In this document: piece after piece, positions 20,269 to 30,800 of the stretch | How positions within the stretch are numbered: position 1 is the first letter of the stretch | Layout: each line of letters opens with the position of its first letter | From: Candidatus Bathyarchaeota archaeon | Lineage (GTDB): Archaea > Thermoproteota > Bathyarchaeia > Bathyarchaeales > Bathycorpusculaceae | Assembly (NCBI GenBank): GCA_963777155.1 | Contig: CAVZPM010000009.1 | Span: 103,160 to 167,159, forward strand | Length of the DNA stretch: 64,000 nucleotides | Reading direction: 5' to 3' | Program-made: the position numbers and the translations under genes | Notes under the pieces: generated by a model | The model's input: only the letters and a program-made list of their open reading frames with translations | Told to the model about the DNA's origin: nothing | Database searches by the model: none

Positions 20269-21027
20269 TTACCTAAAGAGGTCTTTTTCTTTGGCTCTGG
20301 TAAGAGGTGTCATAGCTGCATTTTCATCGATTTGATATTTGTATCCCCGTATTATAGCGGCTGGAATACCCTCGTTTGCTTGTCCAATCACAAGTTCCGC
20401 TGCAGAAGCAAGCTCATCGGCGATGGCGGTCTGCTTAATTCTAAGAACATAACCGAACAAATCCTTTTCACCCCGCCTATCCCTTATAGGTTTAAACCCA
20501 GCCACGCCAACAGCCACATTAATCTCGCCCAACCTAAAAGGTCTGCCATGGGTATCAGAAACGATAACTGCCACATTTACTCCAGTTAGACGCTTAATTT
20601 CTTTACGGATGTTTTCTGCTGACTCGTTTGGGTTTTTTGGCAGGGGAACGACGTTTCTATTGCCTGAAACGTTTGAGCGATCGATTCCAGCATTGGCGCA
20701 AATTATGCCGCTGACGGTTTCAGTTATGATGCTGTTTTGACCTACACGAACGATGTCTTTGGTTTCTTGAAGAATAACTTCGACTAACGCTGGATCTTTG
20801 TTGGTTTTCTGTGCAATTTCCTTTGCCTTCTCCGATGGCTTGACTAGGTCAAGGTTGATTACGTTTCCTTCAGCCTTCGACACCACTACATGGGTAACGA
20901 CGATTACGTCGTTTGCTTGGATGGGGTTGCCCTGATTTTTGGCGGCTTCAACGATTAGCTTACCTAGGTTGTCTGCTTTTTTTATTAATGGTAAATTTTC
21001 GACAGCGAATACTTGAACAGGATTCAC
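20269..21027 (-). CDS. cofE: Coenzyme F420-0:L-glutamate ligase
   Basis: VVSKAEG, ANAGIDRSN, SDTHGRPFRLG, ADELASAA and DLFR terminus. Confidence 0.95.
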   Translation of the reverse strand: MNPVQVFAVENLPLIKKADNLGKLIVEAAKNQGNPIQANDVIVVTHVVVSKAEGNVINLDLVKPSEKAKEIAQKTNKDPALVEVILQETKDIVRVGQNSIITETVSGIICANAGIDRSNVSGNRNVVPLPKNPNESAENIRKEIKRLTGVNVAVIVSDTHGRPFRLGEINVAVGVAGFKPIRDRRGEKDLFGYVLRIKQTAIADELASAAELVIGQANEGIPAAIIRGYKYQIDENAAMTPLTRAKEKDLFR

Positions 21028-21160
21028 GCTATTTGCCTCATCTATGGTTGCTAATTAATCGATAGAACTTAAATTTATCTAGCAAAATGCTGTAAAACAA
21101 AAAAATGAAAAATGTTGTTGGAAAACATAGAAAGAGACCGTTAAGGTCTCGATGGATATT

Positions 21161-21886
21161 TTAGCTTCTGAATTTCTGCAGTTTCTGTAGCATCAGTTTG
21201 TCGCCTTCGGCGTCACCTGCGCATGTTGCGATGATGCCATCGACTAATCCGACAAGTTTTGATGCTTTTTCTTCAACTGTTTCCATGGTTGCAGCGGTTG
21301 GCCACCCGATCATTTTGACGGTTTCAACGTTTTTGGATGTTCCAACTAGGAAGTATGCGAACAGAGGTTTGTTGAGTTTCTTGCATTCGGCTGATACTGC
21401 TTTGAGGGCCTCGAATGAGTCGTCGGTTAGCCTCATGAAGTATACGAAGTCCCATGGTTCACGTACACGTTGAAGTGTCTCTTCAATTGAGCGTCTTGCG
21501 GTTAGTAAGCAACCGAGTTTTAGGTTTTTGGTTTTGACTGAGTTGCGTATAAAGTCTCTTGCTTCCTCGGATGAGGGCAGCATCGTTATGGGTTGGCCAA
21601 ACTTTGGGTTGTCTCCCATTGTGACTGCTAAGCCGTCTAATCCGACGATGTCTGATGCTAGAGCTAAGCCTCCTACTTCAACTGGACCTTTATATTTCAA
21701 AATGAAGATTGGGCAGACATATTTTTCTGGGTACTTGTATTTGAGTAAGCAGCTAACTACTACGCCGCTTGGAGCTGGGAAACCTGCTGCGCCGTCAGTT
21801 ACGTTCCATCCATCGACTAAATCTTTGAGTTCATCTGCAAGCTTTAAGAATTTTCGTGTTGGCACAAATTCATTTAGTATTTTCAT
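21161..21886 (-). CDS. Divergent MetF-like (methylenetetrahydrofolate reductase family) flavoprotein
   Basis: VDGWNVTDG and LAVTMGDNP resemble the MetF D..NVTD and L.GDP FAD-site motifs; short (241 aa). Confidence 0.55.
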   Translation of the reverse strand: MKILNEFVPTRKFLKLADELKDLVDGWNVTDGAAGFPAPSGVVVSCLLKYKYPEKYVCPIFILKYKGPVEVGGLALASDIVGLDGLAVTMGDNPKFGQPITMLPSSEEARDFIRNSVKTKNLKLGCLLTARRSIEETLQRVREPWDFVYFMRLTDDSFEALKAVSAECKKLNKPLFAYFLVGTSKNVETVKMIGWPTAATMETVEEKASKLVGLVDGIIATCAGDAEGDKLMLQKLQKFRS

Positions 21887-22005
21887 GGAGAGTTCATCTC
21901 AGGTTAAAGAGGTGAGGGGTTTGGGTTAAAAAGGCTTTTGCATACTCAAAATTTGGCACTATAGTCTGATGTTTTTTCCCATTGGCAACATAATAAAATC
22001 AAGTT

Positions 22006-22862
22006 TTAATTATGGTTGTTTGGCGCAGAGGTTTTTTTGGCGCGTTCCCTTTTAAACTTCGATAATCTGGAGACTTCTTGCATATTCGCCACCTCTTTGG
22101 TTAGATCGAGGTTTTCTATGAGCTTTTTACCCACGTCCGATCTAACGATTACAGTGGAGTAACCCTGCTTGCTGCCCACAGAACCCACTGAAACATCGGC
22201 GAACTTAGCTGTAAAATCATCACAAAAACCGCAAGCCTTCTCGGCTGCGCCTTCGAGGTCTTTTACCTTGCAGCCATACTCTTTCCCATCAACTTGCACT
22301 AAAAACTTGCCCGCGCGCACTTGGGTTTTGTCAGCCTTATCCAAATCAACGCCTAGTCTGCACCTTAACTTCTTCTTTTAGCTTAGTTTGGTTGAAGGCT
22401 TCAAAGCAGAACAATCCAAGGACAGTAATCTGGCAGTCTTTATTGAGAGCCTGCTGAATCTTTCGAACCGCCTTAGCCTCACAGGGAGTGCAGACGATAG
22501 CTATCCGTTTTTTGCCCTGACCTATCAGCTCCCGAAGTTTTTTCGTGACATTGACTTTGAGGTACTTGGTTCCTTTCGCAGCCAAAACATCACTATCATT
22601 CATGGCGACTACGGCTTCTGCGCTGTAGCCTTCCAAACGTCGAACAACTATGGCAGCATCAAACAGACCTTCCCTAAAACCCTTAACTAAAAGCGCCGAA
22701 ACAACTCCACCATCTTGCCCCACTATGCTTACTTTTTGCAGAAAACAAGTCACAATAAACGCCAAGGTCCTCATTTTTTGTGCCCTTCAAAAACTCCTCT
22801 TCGATCTTAGCTTCATCTTCAGCCTTTAAGGTTTGGCGCTTTTCCGTTTGATTCTCTGCCAT
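22006..22862 (-). CDS. FrhB/FdhB family F420-binding protein, two frameshifts (about 22730 and 22360)
   Basis: ATG 22862 MAENQ...LGVYCDLFSAKS // SIVGQDGGVVSALL...AKGTKY...CTPCE...GLFCFEAF // RLGVDLDKADK...CGFCDDFTAKFADVSVGSVGS. Confidence 0.8.
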
Positions 22863-22949
22863 TCTGAAACTTCAACCGATTTCTGATTGATTTAGCAAGG
22901 TTTTCAGGCAAATAAAGTTTTAAACCTTAAAGCGGTGATTAAAAGATAA

Positions 22950-23465
22950 GTGGCTGGCTGGCATTTGGTAAATAAACACGAAATCAAATACATCGAAGGC
23001 GACGAAGCGTTACTTGACCAAATTAAGCCCCTTTGGGAAGCATTAAACAGGTATCATTTGGGTCTATCGTTGAATTTTAAGCAGTATTATCTTGACATGA
23101 CTTTTCCGAAAAGAAAAGCAGACTTGTTAAAAAAAGCAGCACTTGGAAAAATGAGAATCAGTATAGCCATTGATGAGGTAAGTGGGCAAAATGTGGGCTA
23201 TTGCATAAGCGGTATAAACAACGAAAGGATGGGCGAAATCAAATCAATCTTCGTCTCCGAGACTTATAGGCGTAAAGGCATCGGCGATGTTTTAATGCAG
23301 AAAGCGTTAGATTGGTTGGAGAAGCAAGGGGCGCTAGAAAAAATTGTTGAGGTGGCAGCTGGCAACGAAAAAGCATGGGCTTTCTATGCTCATTACGGTT
23401 TTTTACCCAGAAAAACCATGCTTAAACAAGTAAAAAAGCCTAAGACGCCAAATTCAACATGCTAA
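22950..23465 (+). CDS. GNAT family N-acetyltransferase
   Basis: IFVSETYRRKGIG motif A; NEKAWAFYAHYGF. Confidence 0.9.
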   Translation: MAGWHLVNKHEIKYIEGDEALLDQIKPLWEALNRYHLGLSLNFKQYYLDMTFPKRKADLLKKAALGKMRISIAIDEVSGQNVGYCISGINNERMGEIKSIFVSETYRRKGIGDVLMQKALDWLEKQGALEKIVEVAAGNEKAWAFYAHYGFLPRKTMLKQVKKPKTPNSTC

Positions 23466-23652
23466 TGTTATCAAATATCGTTCATAGGACCTTGAGCCCT
23501 TTAGAGACGGGCATTTTTATTGTTTTTACAATGTTTCTCTATTAGGTTTCAAATATGGTGGCGCCTGCTTGTCTTGGGATGTTGTATTGCAGTTTTTTTT
23601 GAGAAACGTAAATTAATTTGGCAAACGCTAATTTTGTTAGTTTGTGATTTGT

Positions 23653-24429
23653 ATGAAGGTTGCTGTTTCTGGTAAAGGCGGCGTTGGCAAGACTTTGATT
23701 GCTGGTGGTTTAGCGAGCGGTTTTGTTGAGCGCGGCTTAAAAACTATTGCAATTGACGCTGATTCTTCTCCAAATCTCGGTTTAACGTTGGGATTGTCGG
23801 CTGAGGAAACCCGCAAAATAGTTCCCATTACAGAAAATAAGCCGTTGGTGGAGTCTAAAACCAGCACTGGTTTCAATAGCGTTTACAATTTAAATTTCAC
23901 GGTTGACGACATAGTTAGAGACTATTCTATATCCACTCCGTTGGGTGTGAACCTGATTGTTATGGGTACCGTGCAAGCTATGGAAGCGGGTTGCATGTGT
24001 GCACCAAACGCCGTTATCCGCGCCCTACTAAGACACCTTGTTGTCGACCGCAATGAAGCGGTTGTTATGGATTTAGAAGCAGGCGTAGAACACATCGGAA
24101 GAGGCACCGCAAGACAAGTCGACGCATTACTAATTGTTGCCGACTCCAATCTAAAATCGCTGGAAATTGCAAAACACATCCACGACCTGGCATCTGCAGC
24201 AGGAATGAAAAAGCTCTACCTCATCGGAAACAGAGTAATGAACGACGCCCAAAAAGAAGCAATCCAAACGTTCGCAGACAAAAACGGGCTTAACCTGCTT
24301 GCTTTAGTGCCCTTCGACCAAAAAGTAATCGAAGCAGACATGCTCGGTATAACTCCGCTTAAAAACAAGGAAATCGCCGCAGTTAAAACCATAGACCATA
24401 TATGCGAGCTTTTGTTGAAGACAACATAA
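23653..24429 (+). CDS. cooC: CooC-type nickel-insertion ATPase
   Basis: SGKGGVGKT, IDAD, GCMC and DLEAGVEHIGRG. Confidence 0.88.
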   Translation: MKVAVSGKGGVGKTLIAGGLASGFVERGLKTIAIDADSSPNLGLTLGLSAEETRKIVPITENKPLVESKTSTGFNSVYNLNFTVDDIVRDYSISTPLGVNLIVMGTVQAMEAGCMCAPNAVIRALLRHLVVDRNEAVVMDLEAGVEHIGRGTARQVDALLIVADSNLKSLEIAKHIHDLASAAGMKKLYLIGNRVMNDAQKEAIQTFADKNGLNLLALVPFDQKVIEADMLGITPLKNKEIAAVKTIDHICELLLKTT

Positions 24430-24553
24430 CATCCTTCAGCACAATTTAGTAGAAGAAGAAAGAATTTGGGGTTCCACAAAAACCGATTTTTTCTTCTTTC
24501 AATTTATCGGAATTGTAAAAAGGCGTTTTTTTGTTATAACGATAAATAACGAT

Positions 24554-24742
24554 TTAACAGTGGTCTTGACCGCAACTACAGTTGTGACTTGACGCGTTTC
24601 CACCGATGTATTTTTGGGGGTTTGCTTCGAAGGATTTTTTGCATCCTGGAGCGCAGAAATAGTAGTATTTGCCTTGGTAGATTGTTTTGTATTTTGCAGT
24701 TTTCTCATCAACATCCATGTTGCATACCAAATCTTTAGCCAT
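24554..24742 (-). CDS. YHS/TRASH domain metal-binding protein
   Basis: DLVCNMDV...YYFCAPGCKKSF with a Cys/His tail; downstream of copA. Confidence 0.88.
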   Translation of the reverse strand: MAKDLVCNMDVDEKTAKYKTIYQGKYYYFCAPGCKKSFEANPQKYIGGNASSHNCSCGQDHC

Positions 24743-24782
24743 ACTTTTTTCACCTCCCCAATATCTGCTTAATTTTGTGTGA

Positions 24783-27202
24783 CTATATTTTTGGTTTAAA
24801 TCTTCTAAGAAGTGAAGCGTTGGTAACTACAGTTACTGAGCTGCTTGCCATAGCTGCTGCAGCGTACACTGGATTAAATAGGACGTGTAGATGGGGTAGA
24901 ATACTCCTGCCGCCAAGGGAATAAGGACTATATTGTAGAAGAATGCCCAGAATAGGTTCTGCCGAATTTTTTTCATTGTAGCACGGCTCAACTGAATAGC
25001 TACCACCACATCCCTCAAATCATTCTTAATTAAAACGATGTCTCCCGTTTCAATAGCTACATCTGTTCCGCTGCCGACAGCAATTCCAATGTTTGCTTGC
25101 GCCAAAGCAGGAGCATCGTTTATTCCGTCTCCCACCATAGCAACAACTTTGCCTTCGGATTGCAGTCGCTTTATCTCTGTGGCTTTTTCGCTTGGAAGAA
25201 CCTCTGCAAAGACGCGGTTAACGCCTACCTGCGCCGCGATGGCTTTGGCTGTTCTCTGGTTGTCGCCCGTAATCATTATGACTTCCAATCCCATCTGTTG
25301 AAGAGTCTTCACTGCGTCGGCGGAGTGCTCCTTTAAGGTGTCAGCCACCGCTATCAAACCCGCAAGCTGGTTGTCAACGGCGAGGAGCATGGCGGTTTTG
25401 CCTTCTTCCTCAAACGCTGACATTTTCCCCTCAAGCGTGCTGATGTCCAAGTTGTTTGCCTCCATCAGTTTTCGGTTGCCCAACAATATTTTGGCGCCCC
25501 TATGTTCCACCTCTACTCCGTATCCGGGGATAGCGTTGAACAATTCCGGTTCATCAACTTGGATTCCCTTTTCCTTTGCTCTTTTAACTATAGCTGCTCC
25601 TAGCGGATGCTCGGAGTTTTTCTCTGCGATGGCGGCGAACTGCAGAAGTTGGGTTTCACCGAACGGTTCAGATGGGGCGATGTCGGTTACTTCGGGTTCG
25701 CCCTTCGTTAGTGTTCCTGTTTTATCAAAAACAACTGCTTGAAGCTTGTATACCGCTTCCAATGCTTCGCCGCTTTTTATCAGGATGCCGTTTTCTGCTC
25801 CTTTTCCGACACCCACCATTATCGCTGTCGGAGTAGCTAGTCCGAGAGCGCATGGGCAAGCCACGATTAACACGGCGATGAAAACTGTGAGTGAGAAGAT
25901 GTAGGAGGCTCCGAAAATAAAGTACCATGCCAACGCTGAAAGTGTCGCCGTAATTATGATGGTTGGAACAAAATATCCCGAAGCGATGTCGGCTATTCTT
26001 TGAATAGGTGCTTTCGAAGTTAACGCATCTTCAACCATGCTTATGATTTGGGCAAGAACTGTGTCTTTGCCGACTTTGGTGGCTTTGAACTTGAGCATAC
26101 CCGTCTTGTTCATGGTGGCTCCTACGACTTGGTCGCCGCTTCTCTTCTCGACTGGGATGCTTTCGCCCGTGATGACTTTCTCGTCCACTGCCGAGTAGCC
26201 TTCGGTAACAGTGCCGTCGACGGGGATTTTTTCTCCAGGTCTAACCACGACAATGTCGCCTACTTGTACGTCTTCAACTGGAATTTCCTGTTCCTCACCG
26301 TTGCGGATGACTCGGGCTGTTTTAGCTTGGAGACCCATGATTTTTCGGATGGCTTCCGAGGTTCTGCCCTTGGCTACGGCATCTAAGAGTTTCCCCAGCA
26401 AAATGAAGCTCATAATCATGGTGGCGGTATCGAAGAATACTCCTGCACCTGGGAAAACGTCTGGGGCAAAGGTGACGACGGTGCTGTAGATCCATGCGGT
26501 GGATGTGCCCATGGCAATTAAGGTGTCCATGTTAGCGGTCTTGTTTCGTAGCCCCTTGTAGGTGCCAACGTAGAAGGTCCAGCCCACGATGAACTGAACT
26601 GGCGTTGCAAGCAGGAACATGATAATGTTGTTTTGTTCCATGGGTAGAGGTGAGAGCCACATTAAAACAAGGATTGGAATAGTCAGAGCAACGCTTGTGG
26701 CTAAGAGGATTTTTAGGTGTCGGATATGGCGTTTGCGTTCTTCACCCGCTGTGTCCTCGTGGGTTTTTTGTTGTTGTTCGATTACTTGGTATCCGCTGTC
26801 CTGGATGGTTTTTTTAATGCTTGGCAAACTGATTTGCTGAGGGTTGTATTCGACTGAGACGCTTTCAGCGGCAAAGTTGACAACTGCGTTGTAGACTCCT
26901 TCGCGGTTGCCCAGAGCTTTCTCGATGGTTTTAGCACAGTTAACGCATGACATGCCGCCAATTTGGAGGACGATTTTTTCGTGGATTACATGATATCCTG
27001 AGTCGGTAATGACGGTTTCGATGATTTTTTGGGTGATGATGTCGGGGTTATAGTCTATTAGTGCTTGTTCAGCGGCGAGGTTTACGGTAGCTTGGGTTAC
27101 ACCGTTTAGTTTGGCGAGTTCCTTTTCGATGGTGTGCGCGCAGTTTATACAGCTCATGCCGCCGATGTTGAGGGTGATTTTTTTGTTTTTTTCTTGGCTC
27201 AT
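24783..27202 (-). CDS. copA: Copper-exporting P1B-type ATPase, two HMA domains; frameshift near 24890
   Basis: GMSCxxC twice, [27 protein letters not shown] and YN. The conserved tail ([30 protein letters not shown]) is in another frame ending at 24783. Confidence 0.93.
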
Positions 27203-27312
27203 ATTGCTTGCCTTCCGCTTGAGTTTGAATATGTGATATCCATTAAAGAAATGATTTTCAGTTTTGAAGCATCTTGAAGTTCTATAGGGTTTGTTGCCAA
27301 AGATCAATCCAG

Positions 27313-27882
27313 CTATAGGGTTCCTCGATAATGTATAGTCGTAGGGCAACCAACGCATTTTTTGGTTTCATATCTTGCACAAGTGGAGCAATCAACGTTA
27401 CATGGTGCTTTATCCTTGCCTTTATGCGTCAAGTATTCTCTTATTTGAAGGAATTGTGAAAACTCGTTATCGCTGATTGGGTAGAATTCTGATCTGCGTA
27501 TGCCAGGACTACTTCTTATTGAGCACTTTTCTACTGAAATACTGTCAAGAGTGTCTTGGTTTTCCGCAATAACTAGCGCGATAAGGTTGTAGCCGCCGAG
27601 AGTTTTGAAGATATGAACTACTCGCGGGCAATCCTTGAAGCGCTTCATGATGTTTTGCATTGCCTCTGCATCTTTCATCTCTAACAATATCATTGCTGGA
27701 ATGAGCCCGAAAGCTGTAGGGTTCATTAAAGCTTGATTTCTTATGGCCCCTTGGTCTACCAGTTTATTTAGTCTTTTCTTGACGCCTACATTAGTGAATC
27801 CTGTAATTTGTGCGAGTTCTTCAAGCGTAGTTCTTGCGTCGACTTGTAGTTGGCTGATTATTTTTCTGTCAATGTCATCCAT
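27313..27882 (-). CDS. Lrp/AsnC regulator with C-terminal Cys cluster
   Basis: [20 protein letters not shown]; tail [20 protein letters not shown]. Confidence 0.85.
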   Translation of the reverse strand: MDDIDRKIISQLQVDARTTLEELAQITGFTNVGVKKRLNKLVDQGAIRNQALMNPTAFGLIPAMILLEMKDAEAMQNIMKRFKDCPRVVHIFKTLGGYNLIALVIAENQDTLDSISVEKCSIRSSPGIRRSEFYPISDNEFSQFLQIREYLTHKGKDKAPCNVDCSTCARYETKKCVGCPTTIHYRGTL

Positions 27883-27972
27883 AAATTCAAACTTCTTGTT
27901 TACTTTCTAAACATAACCTATTAATATTGTTTATCTATTAAACTGTATTATCATCAAAAAAAGGTTATCAAA

Positions 27973-28362
27973 ATGACGAAAAGAATAATGATGCCAGTTG
28001 AAGACGAAAAAGGACTAGAAGCTAAAGTAGCACACCACTTTGGAATGGCACCCTACTTCGCTATTGTAGAACTTGACGAGAACCAAAAAACCCCAAAAGT
28101 CAAAATTGAACCCAACAGAAGCGAACACATGGGCGGCGCCCCAGGGCACTCACATGAAAGCTTCTTGGCATTGAAACCAAACGTTGTAGTAGCTTATGCA
28201 ATGGGGCCAGGAGCATTGAGCACTTTCCAAAATGCCGGAATTACAGTTTTAAAAGCAACTGAAGATACCGTGAAAGGCAATGTTGAATCCTTCAAAGAAG
28301 GCAAACTCAAAGAACTTGTAGGCGGATGCGAACACGCCCATCACCACGAACACGAACATTAA
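27973..28362 (+). CDS. NifB/NifX family metal-cluster binding protein with His tail
   Basis: HFGMAPYFAIV, MGPGA and GCEHAHHHEHEH. Confidence 0.88.
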   Translation: MTKRIMMPVEDEKGLEAKVAHHFGMAPYFAIVELDENQKTPKVKIEPNRSEHMGGAPGHSHESFLALKPNVVVAYAMGPGALSTFQNAGITVLKATEDTVKGNVESFKEGKLKELVGGCEHAHHHEHEH

Positions 28363-28399
28363 ATTTAACTAAAATATTAAGAATTAATAGGTGAAAAAA

Positions 28400-28816
28400 T
28401 TGCCAAAAATAAAAGCAAAAGCAACATGGGTTGAAAACGTACATTCAAAGGTTGATAATCAAAGAAACCACAGCGTAGAATGTGACCTCTCCACTGCTGC
28501 AGGCGGAACAGATTGCGGTCCAACAGCGCTTGAGCTTAGCTTGATGGCGTTAGCTGACTGCGGCGTGACAATCTTTGCTGACGTTTGCAAGAAAAGCAAC
28601 ATTAAACTCAAGATGGTTGAAGTTACTGCTGAAGCTGACAAATCGCCGGATTCACCGATTATAAGTGGTGTTACCATGAAGGTCAATGCTTCCTCCGATG
28701 CAAGGAAAGAACTACTAGAGGCTGCTTGGAGAAGAACCGAAGCAAATTGCCCTGTGCTGTTTATCTTTAAAGAACCAACGCCAGTCAAGGTCGAATTTGA
28801 AGGAAAAACGGAATAA
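28400..28816 (+). CDS. OsmC family protein
   Basis: GGTDCGPTALEL...ALADC...NCPV. Confidence 0.85.
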   Translation: MPKIKAKATWVENVHSKVDNQRNHSVECDLSTAAGGTDCGPTALELSLMALADCGVTIFADVCKKSNIKLKMVEVTAEADKSPDSPIISGVTMKVNASSDARKELLEAAWRRTEANCPVLFIFKEPTPVKVEFEGKTE

Positions 28817-28877
28817 AAGTTCTAATTCTTCCTTTTTATTTTAGAAGATTACAGTCAAAACAACTTAAAATTCTTGT

Positions 28878-29252
28878 TTGGATAATTATCTTTTGGTGGT
28901 CATATTGGTTAATGCTCAGAACAGTTGCAATGCAGAAGCGGCTCAGAAAATTCTCGCGCCAGTTCCTTATGCTCAAGGCTTCCACTTCTTTATGCCAGAC
29001 GGCCATTACACCGGTGAAACAGCGATGTCCCTTTGCTCATTTTTAAGAGATTTGAGAAGCGTTGATGTACAATCAATTAAATTCCACCTTGACCGCGGTG
29101 ACTTCCAGAAGTGGCTAAGAAATACAGTTGGCGATCAGGAACTCGCTGGAATAATTGACAAATTAGATAAAAAAATTCCTGAAGAAAAGCTCGGAGAAAA
29201 TCTGGCGGATACAGTTCAAAAAAGAATTTCAGAATTGCAGTTAACGCGTTAA
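28878..29252 (+). CDS. DUF5752-like protein
   Basis: GFHF...YTGETA.SL..F...SIKFHLDRGDFQKWLR pattern. Confidence 0.65.
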   Translation: MDNYLLVVILVNAQNSCNAEAAQKILAPVPYAQGFHFFMPDGHYTGETAMSLCSFLRDLRSVDVQSIKFHLDRGDFQKWLRNTVGDQELAGIIDKLDKKIPEEKLGENLADTVQKRISELQLTR

Positions 29253-29311
29253 ATAATAATGATTGAACTGCTTAGATAAATGAGGTGAGCCTTTTTTTAA
29301 GAGTTAAAAGT

Positions 29312-29692
29312 TCAAGCGCTTTTTGTTTCCCATTTTGTAAAGTAAATTTTACCATCTTCTCTAAACGCTCGGAGTAGTTCGCAATGCCTAAAGAAAGCAA
29401 ACTCTTGCTCTAACTGCTCTGGTTTGACGTTTAGGATGTTGACCAGGTCTTCTTTGGTGATTTTACCGTATTTCTCTATAGTGTCATAGATTTTTTGCTG
29501 TAACTCAGTCAGGCCTGAATTGCCTGATTGACCTGATTGTTTTCGCACAGACAAGGCTGATGCCACAGCCATTGGGTCACATGGTCTTGGTGGGTTAGTT
29601 TCGTACATGTAGCAGTCTTCACATAAGACTTTGCCGTGGAGATCATATGTTTCTCCTTCTTTTAGAAGTGATTTGCAGCGTTCACATTCCAT
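29312..29692 (-). CDS. Hypothetical zinc-finger plus winged-helix-like protein
   Basis: CERC...LCEDC and PCDPMAV, followed by a helical LTELQQKIY domain. Confidence 0.7.
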   Translation of the reverse strand: MECERCKSLLKEGETYDLHGKVLCEDCYMYETNPPRPCDPMAVASALSVRKQSGQSGNSGLTELQQKIYDTIEKYGKITKEDLVNILNVKPEQLEQEFAFFRHCELLRAFREDGKIYFTKWETKSA

Positions 29693-29741
29693 TTGCTCTC
29701 ACCGTATTGTTAATTCTTTATTTCCTACCTTGACTTTGTCT

Positions 29742-30125
29742 TTACGCTTGTTTTAAGTGTTTTTGGAGGTCTAATTCAAAGCTGTCTACGAGTGCTTTAA
29801 GACTTTCAGTGATTTCTTTTACTCGCTCAAGTGCGTGCTTCTTAATTGTTGCTGGGTCAAGCATAGCGTAAGTGTGATAGTATCCTCCACCTTTGAGGGA
29901 TTTTGTCTGCCTGCTTACCAAATTTATGCTTACGAGCTTTGATAGGCAGCGGTGAACTGAACTTCGATCTTTTTGAACAATTTTTGCGATTTGATCAAGC
30001 GTTGAGTTTTCATTTTTTGCCAGCGCAAGGAGGACGTCTAGGTCTGAGGGTTTTAGGTTGTATAGGCATGTAAGTAAGTCGGTGCAGGAGGCGCCTTTTC
30101 TTGTCAGTAGGTTTATGCTTTCCAT
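29742..30125 (-). CDS. HTH transcriptional regulator (TrmB/COG3355-like)
   Basis: CTDLLTCLYNL...TLDQIA...DRSSVHRCLSKL...GGGYYHTY. Confidence 0.85.
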   Translation of the reverse strand: MESINLLTRKGASCTDLLTCLYNLKPSDLDVLLALAKNENSTLDQIAKIVQKDRSSVHRCLSKLVSINLVSRQTKSLKGGGYYHTYAMLDPATIKKHALERVKEITESLKALVDSFELDLQKHLKQA

Positions 30126-30155
30126 AAGAAGTGATTATCTAATCTCCCATATAAA

Positions 30156-30182
30156 TGGTATTGTTTGGTATTGACAATACCA
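30156..30182. promoter_or_regulatory. Operator-like palindrome TGGTATTG-A-CAATACCA with an extra upstream half-site
   Basis: 8-1-8 inverted repeat at 30166-30182; TGGTATTG repeated at 30156; lies in a divergent promoter. Confidence 0.65.
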
Positions 30183-30233
30183 TAAGATATATTTGGAACC
30201 GAGCTGCAATGTTACAGCATAGGAAGTGCAGTA

Positions 30234-30341
30234 ATGCAGAAAAAAATTGAATGCCCACGAGGCATACCTGAAGAAATGTGTGACCATGCACCACATTGTA
30301 ATGTGTGGAAACTAAGAGAATCCGAAAAAAACCAAGAATAA
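30234..30341 (+). CDS. Small Cys/His-rich peptide (35 aa; not in ORF track)
   Basis: MQKKIECPRGIPEEMCDHAPHCNVWKLRESEKNQE*, between the operator and trxA. Confidence 0.45.
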   Translation: MQKKIECPRGIPEEMCDHAPHCNVWKLRESEKNQE

Positions 30342-30368
30342 ATCAATCGCATATTAGGTGTTAATAGC

Positions 30369-30794
30369 ATGAATGAAGAAAATGAATTAGAGCAAATAAG
30401 ACTTAAGAAAATCAAAGCTATGCTGGATACTACCGTAAAAGGACAAAATACATCCAGCAAACAGCCAATAATCTTGAATGATAACAACTTTTCAACCACT
30501 ATCGCAAATAATGAGCTAATAGTTGTAGACTTTTGGGCTCCATGGTGTGGTCCTTGCCGCATGGTTGGACCGGTAATCGAGGAACTCGCTGCTCAATATT
30601 CAGGAAAAGTAACGTTTGGAAAAATGAATGTGGATGAGAATCAAACGGTGCCGAGCAGTTTTGGAATAATGAGCATTCCAACTATAATCATCTTCAACCA
30701 TGGCAAAGAAGTTGAGAGATCAGTTGGCGCTTACCCCAAAGCACACATCGAAGCAATGATAAAACGATATCTGGCAAGCAATCACAAGGAATAG
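30369..30794 (+). CDS. trxA: Thioredoxin
   Basis: DFWAPWCGPC and SIPT. Confidence 0.95.
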   Translation: MNEENELEQIRLKKIKAMLDTTVKGQNTSSKQPIILNDNNFSTTIANNELIVVDFWAPWCGPCRMVGPVIEELAAQYSGKVTFGKMNVDENQTVPSSFGIMSIPTIIIFNHGKEVERSVGAYPKAHIEAMIKRYLASNHKE

Positions 30795-30800
30795 GCGGAC

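Noticed and set aside
24499-24753. 84-aa ORF overlapping the YHS gene
   Set aside because: Alternate frame; the 62-aa frame carries the YHS motifs.
27203-27358. 52-aa N-terminal extension of CopA in the ORF track
   Set aside because: Overlaps the upstream regulator and promoter; ATG at 27202 directly precedes the first HMA domain.
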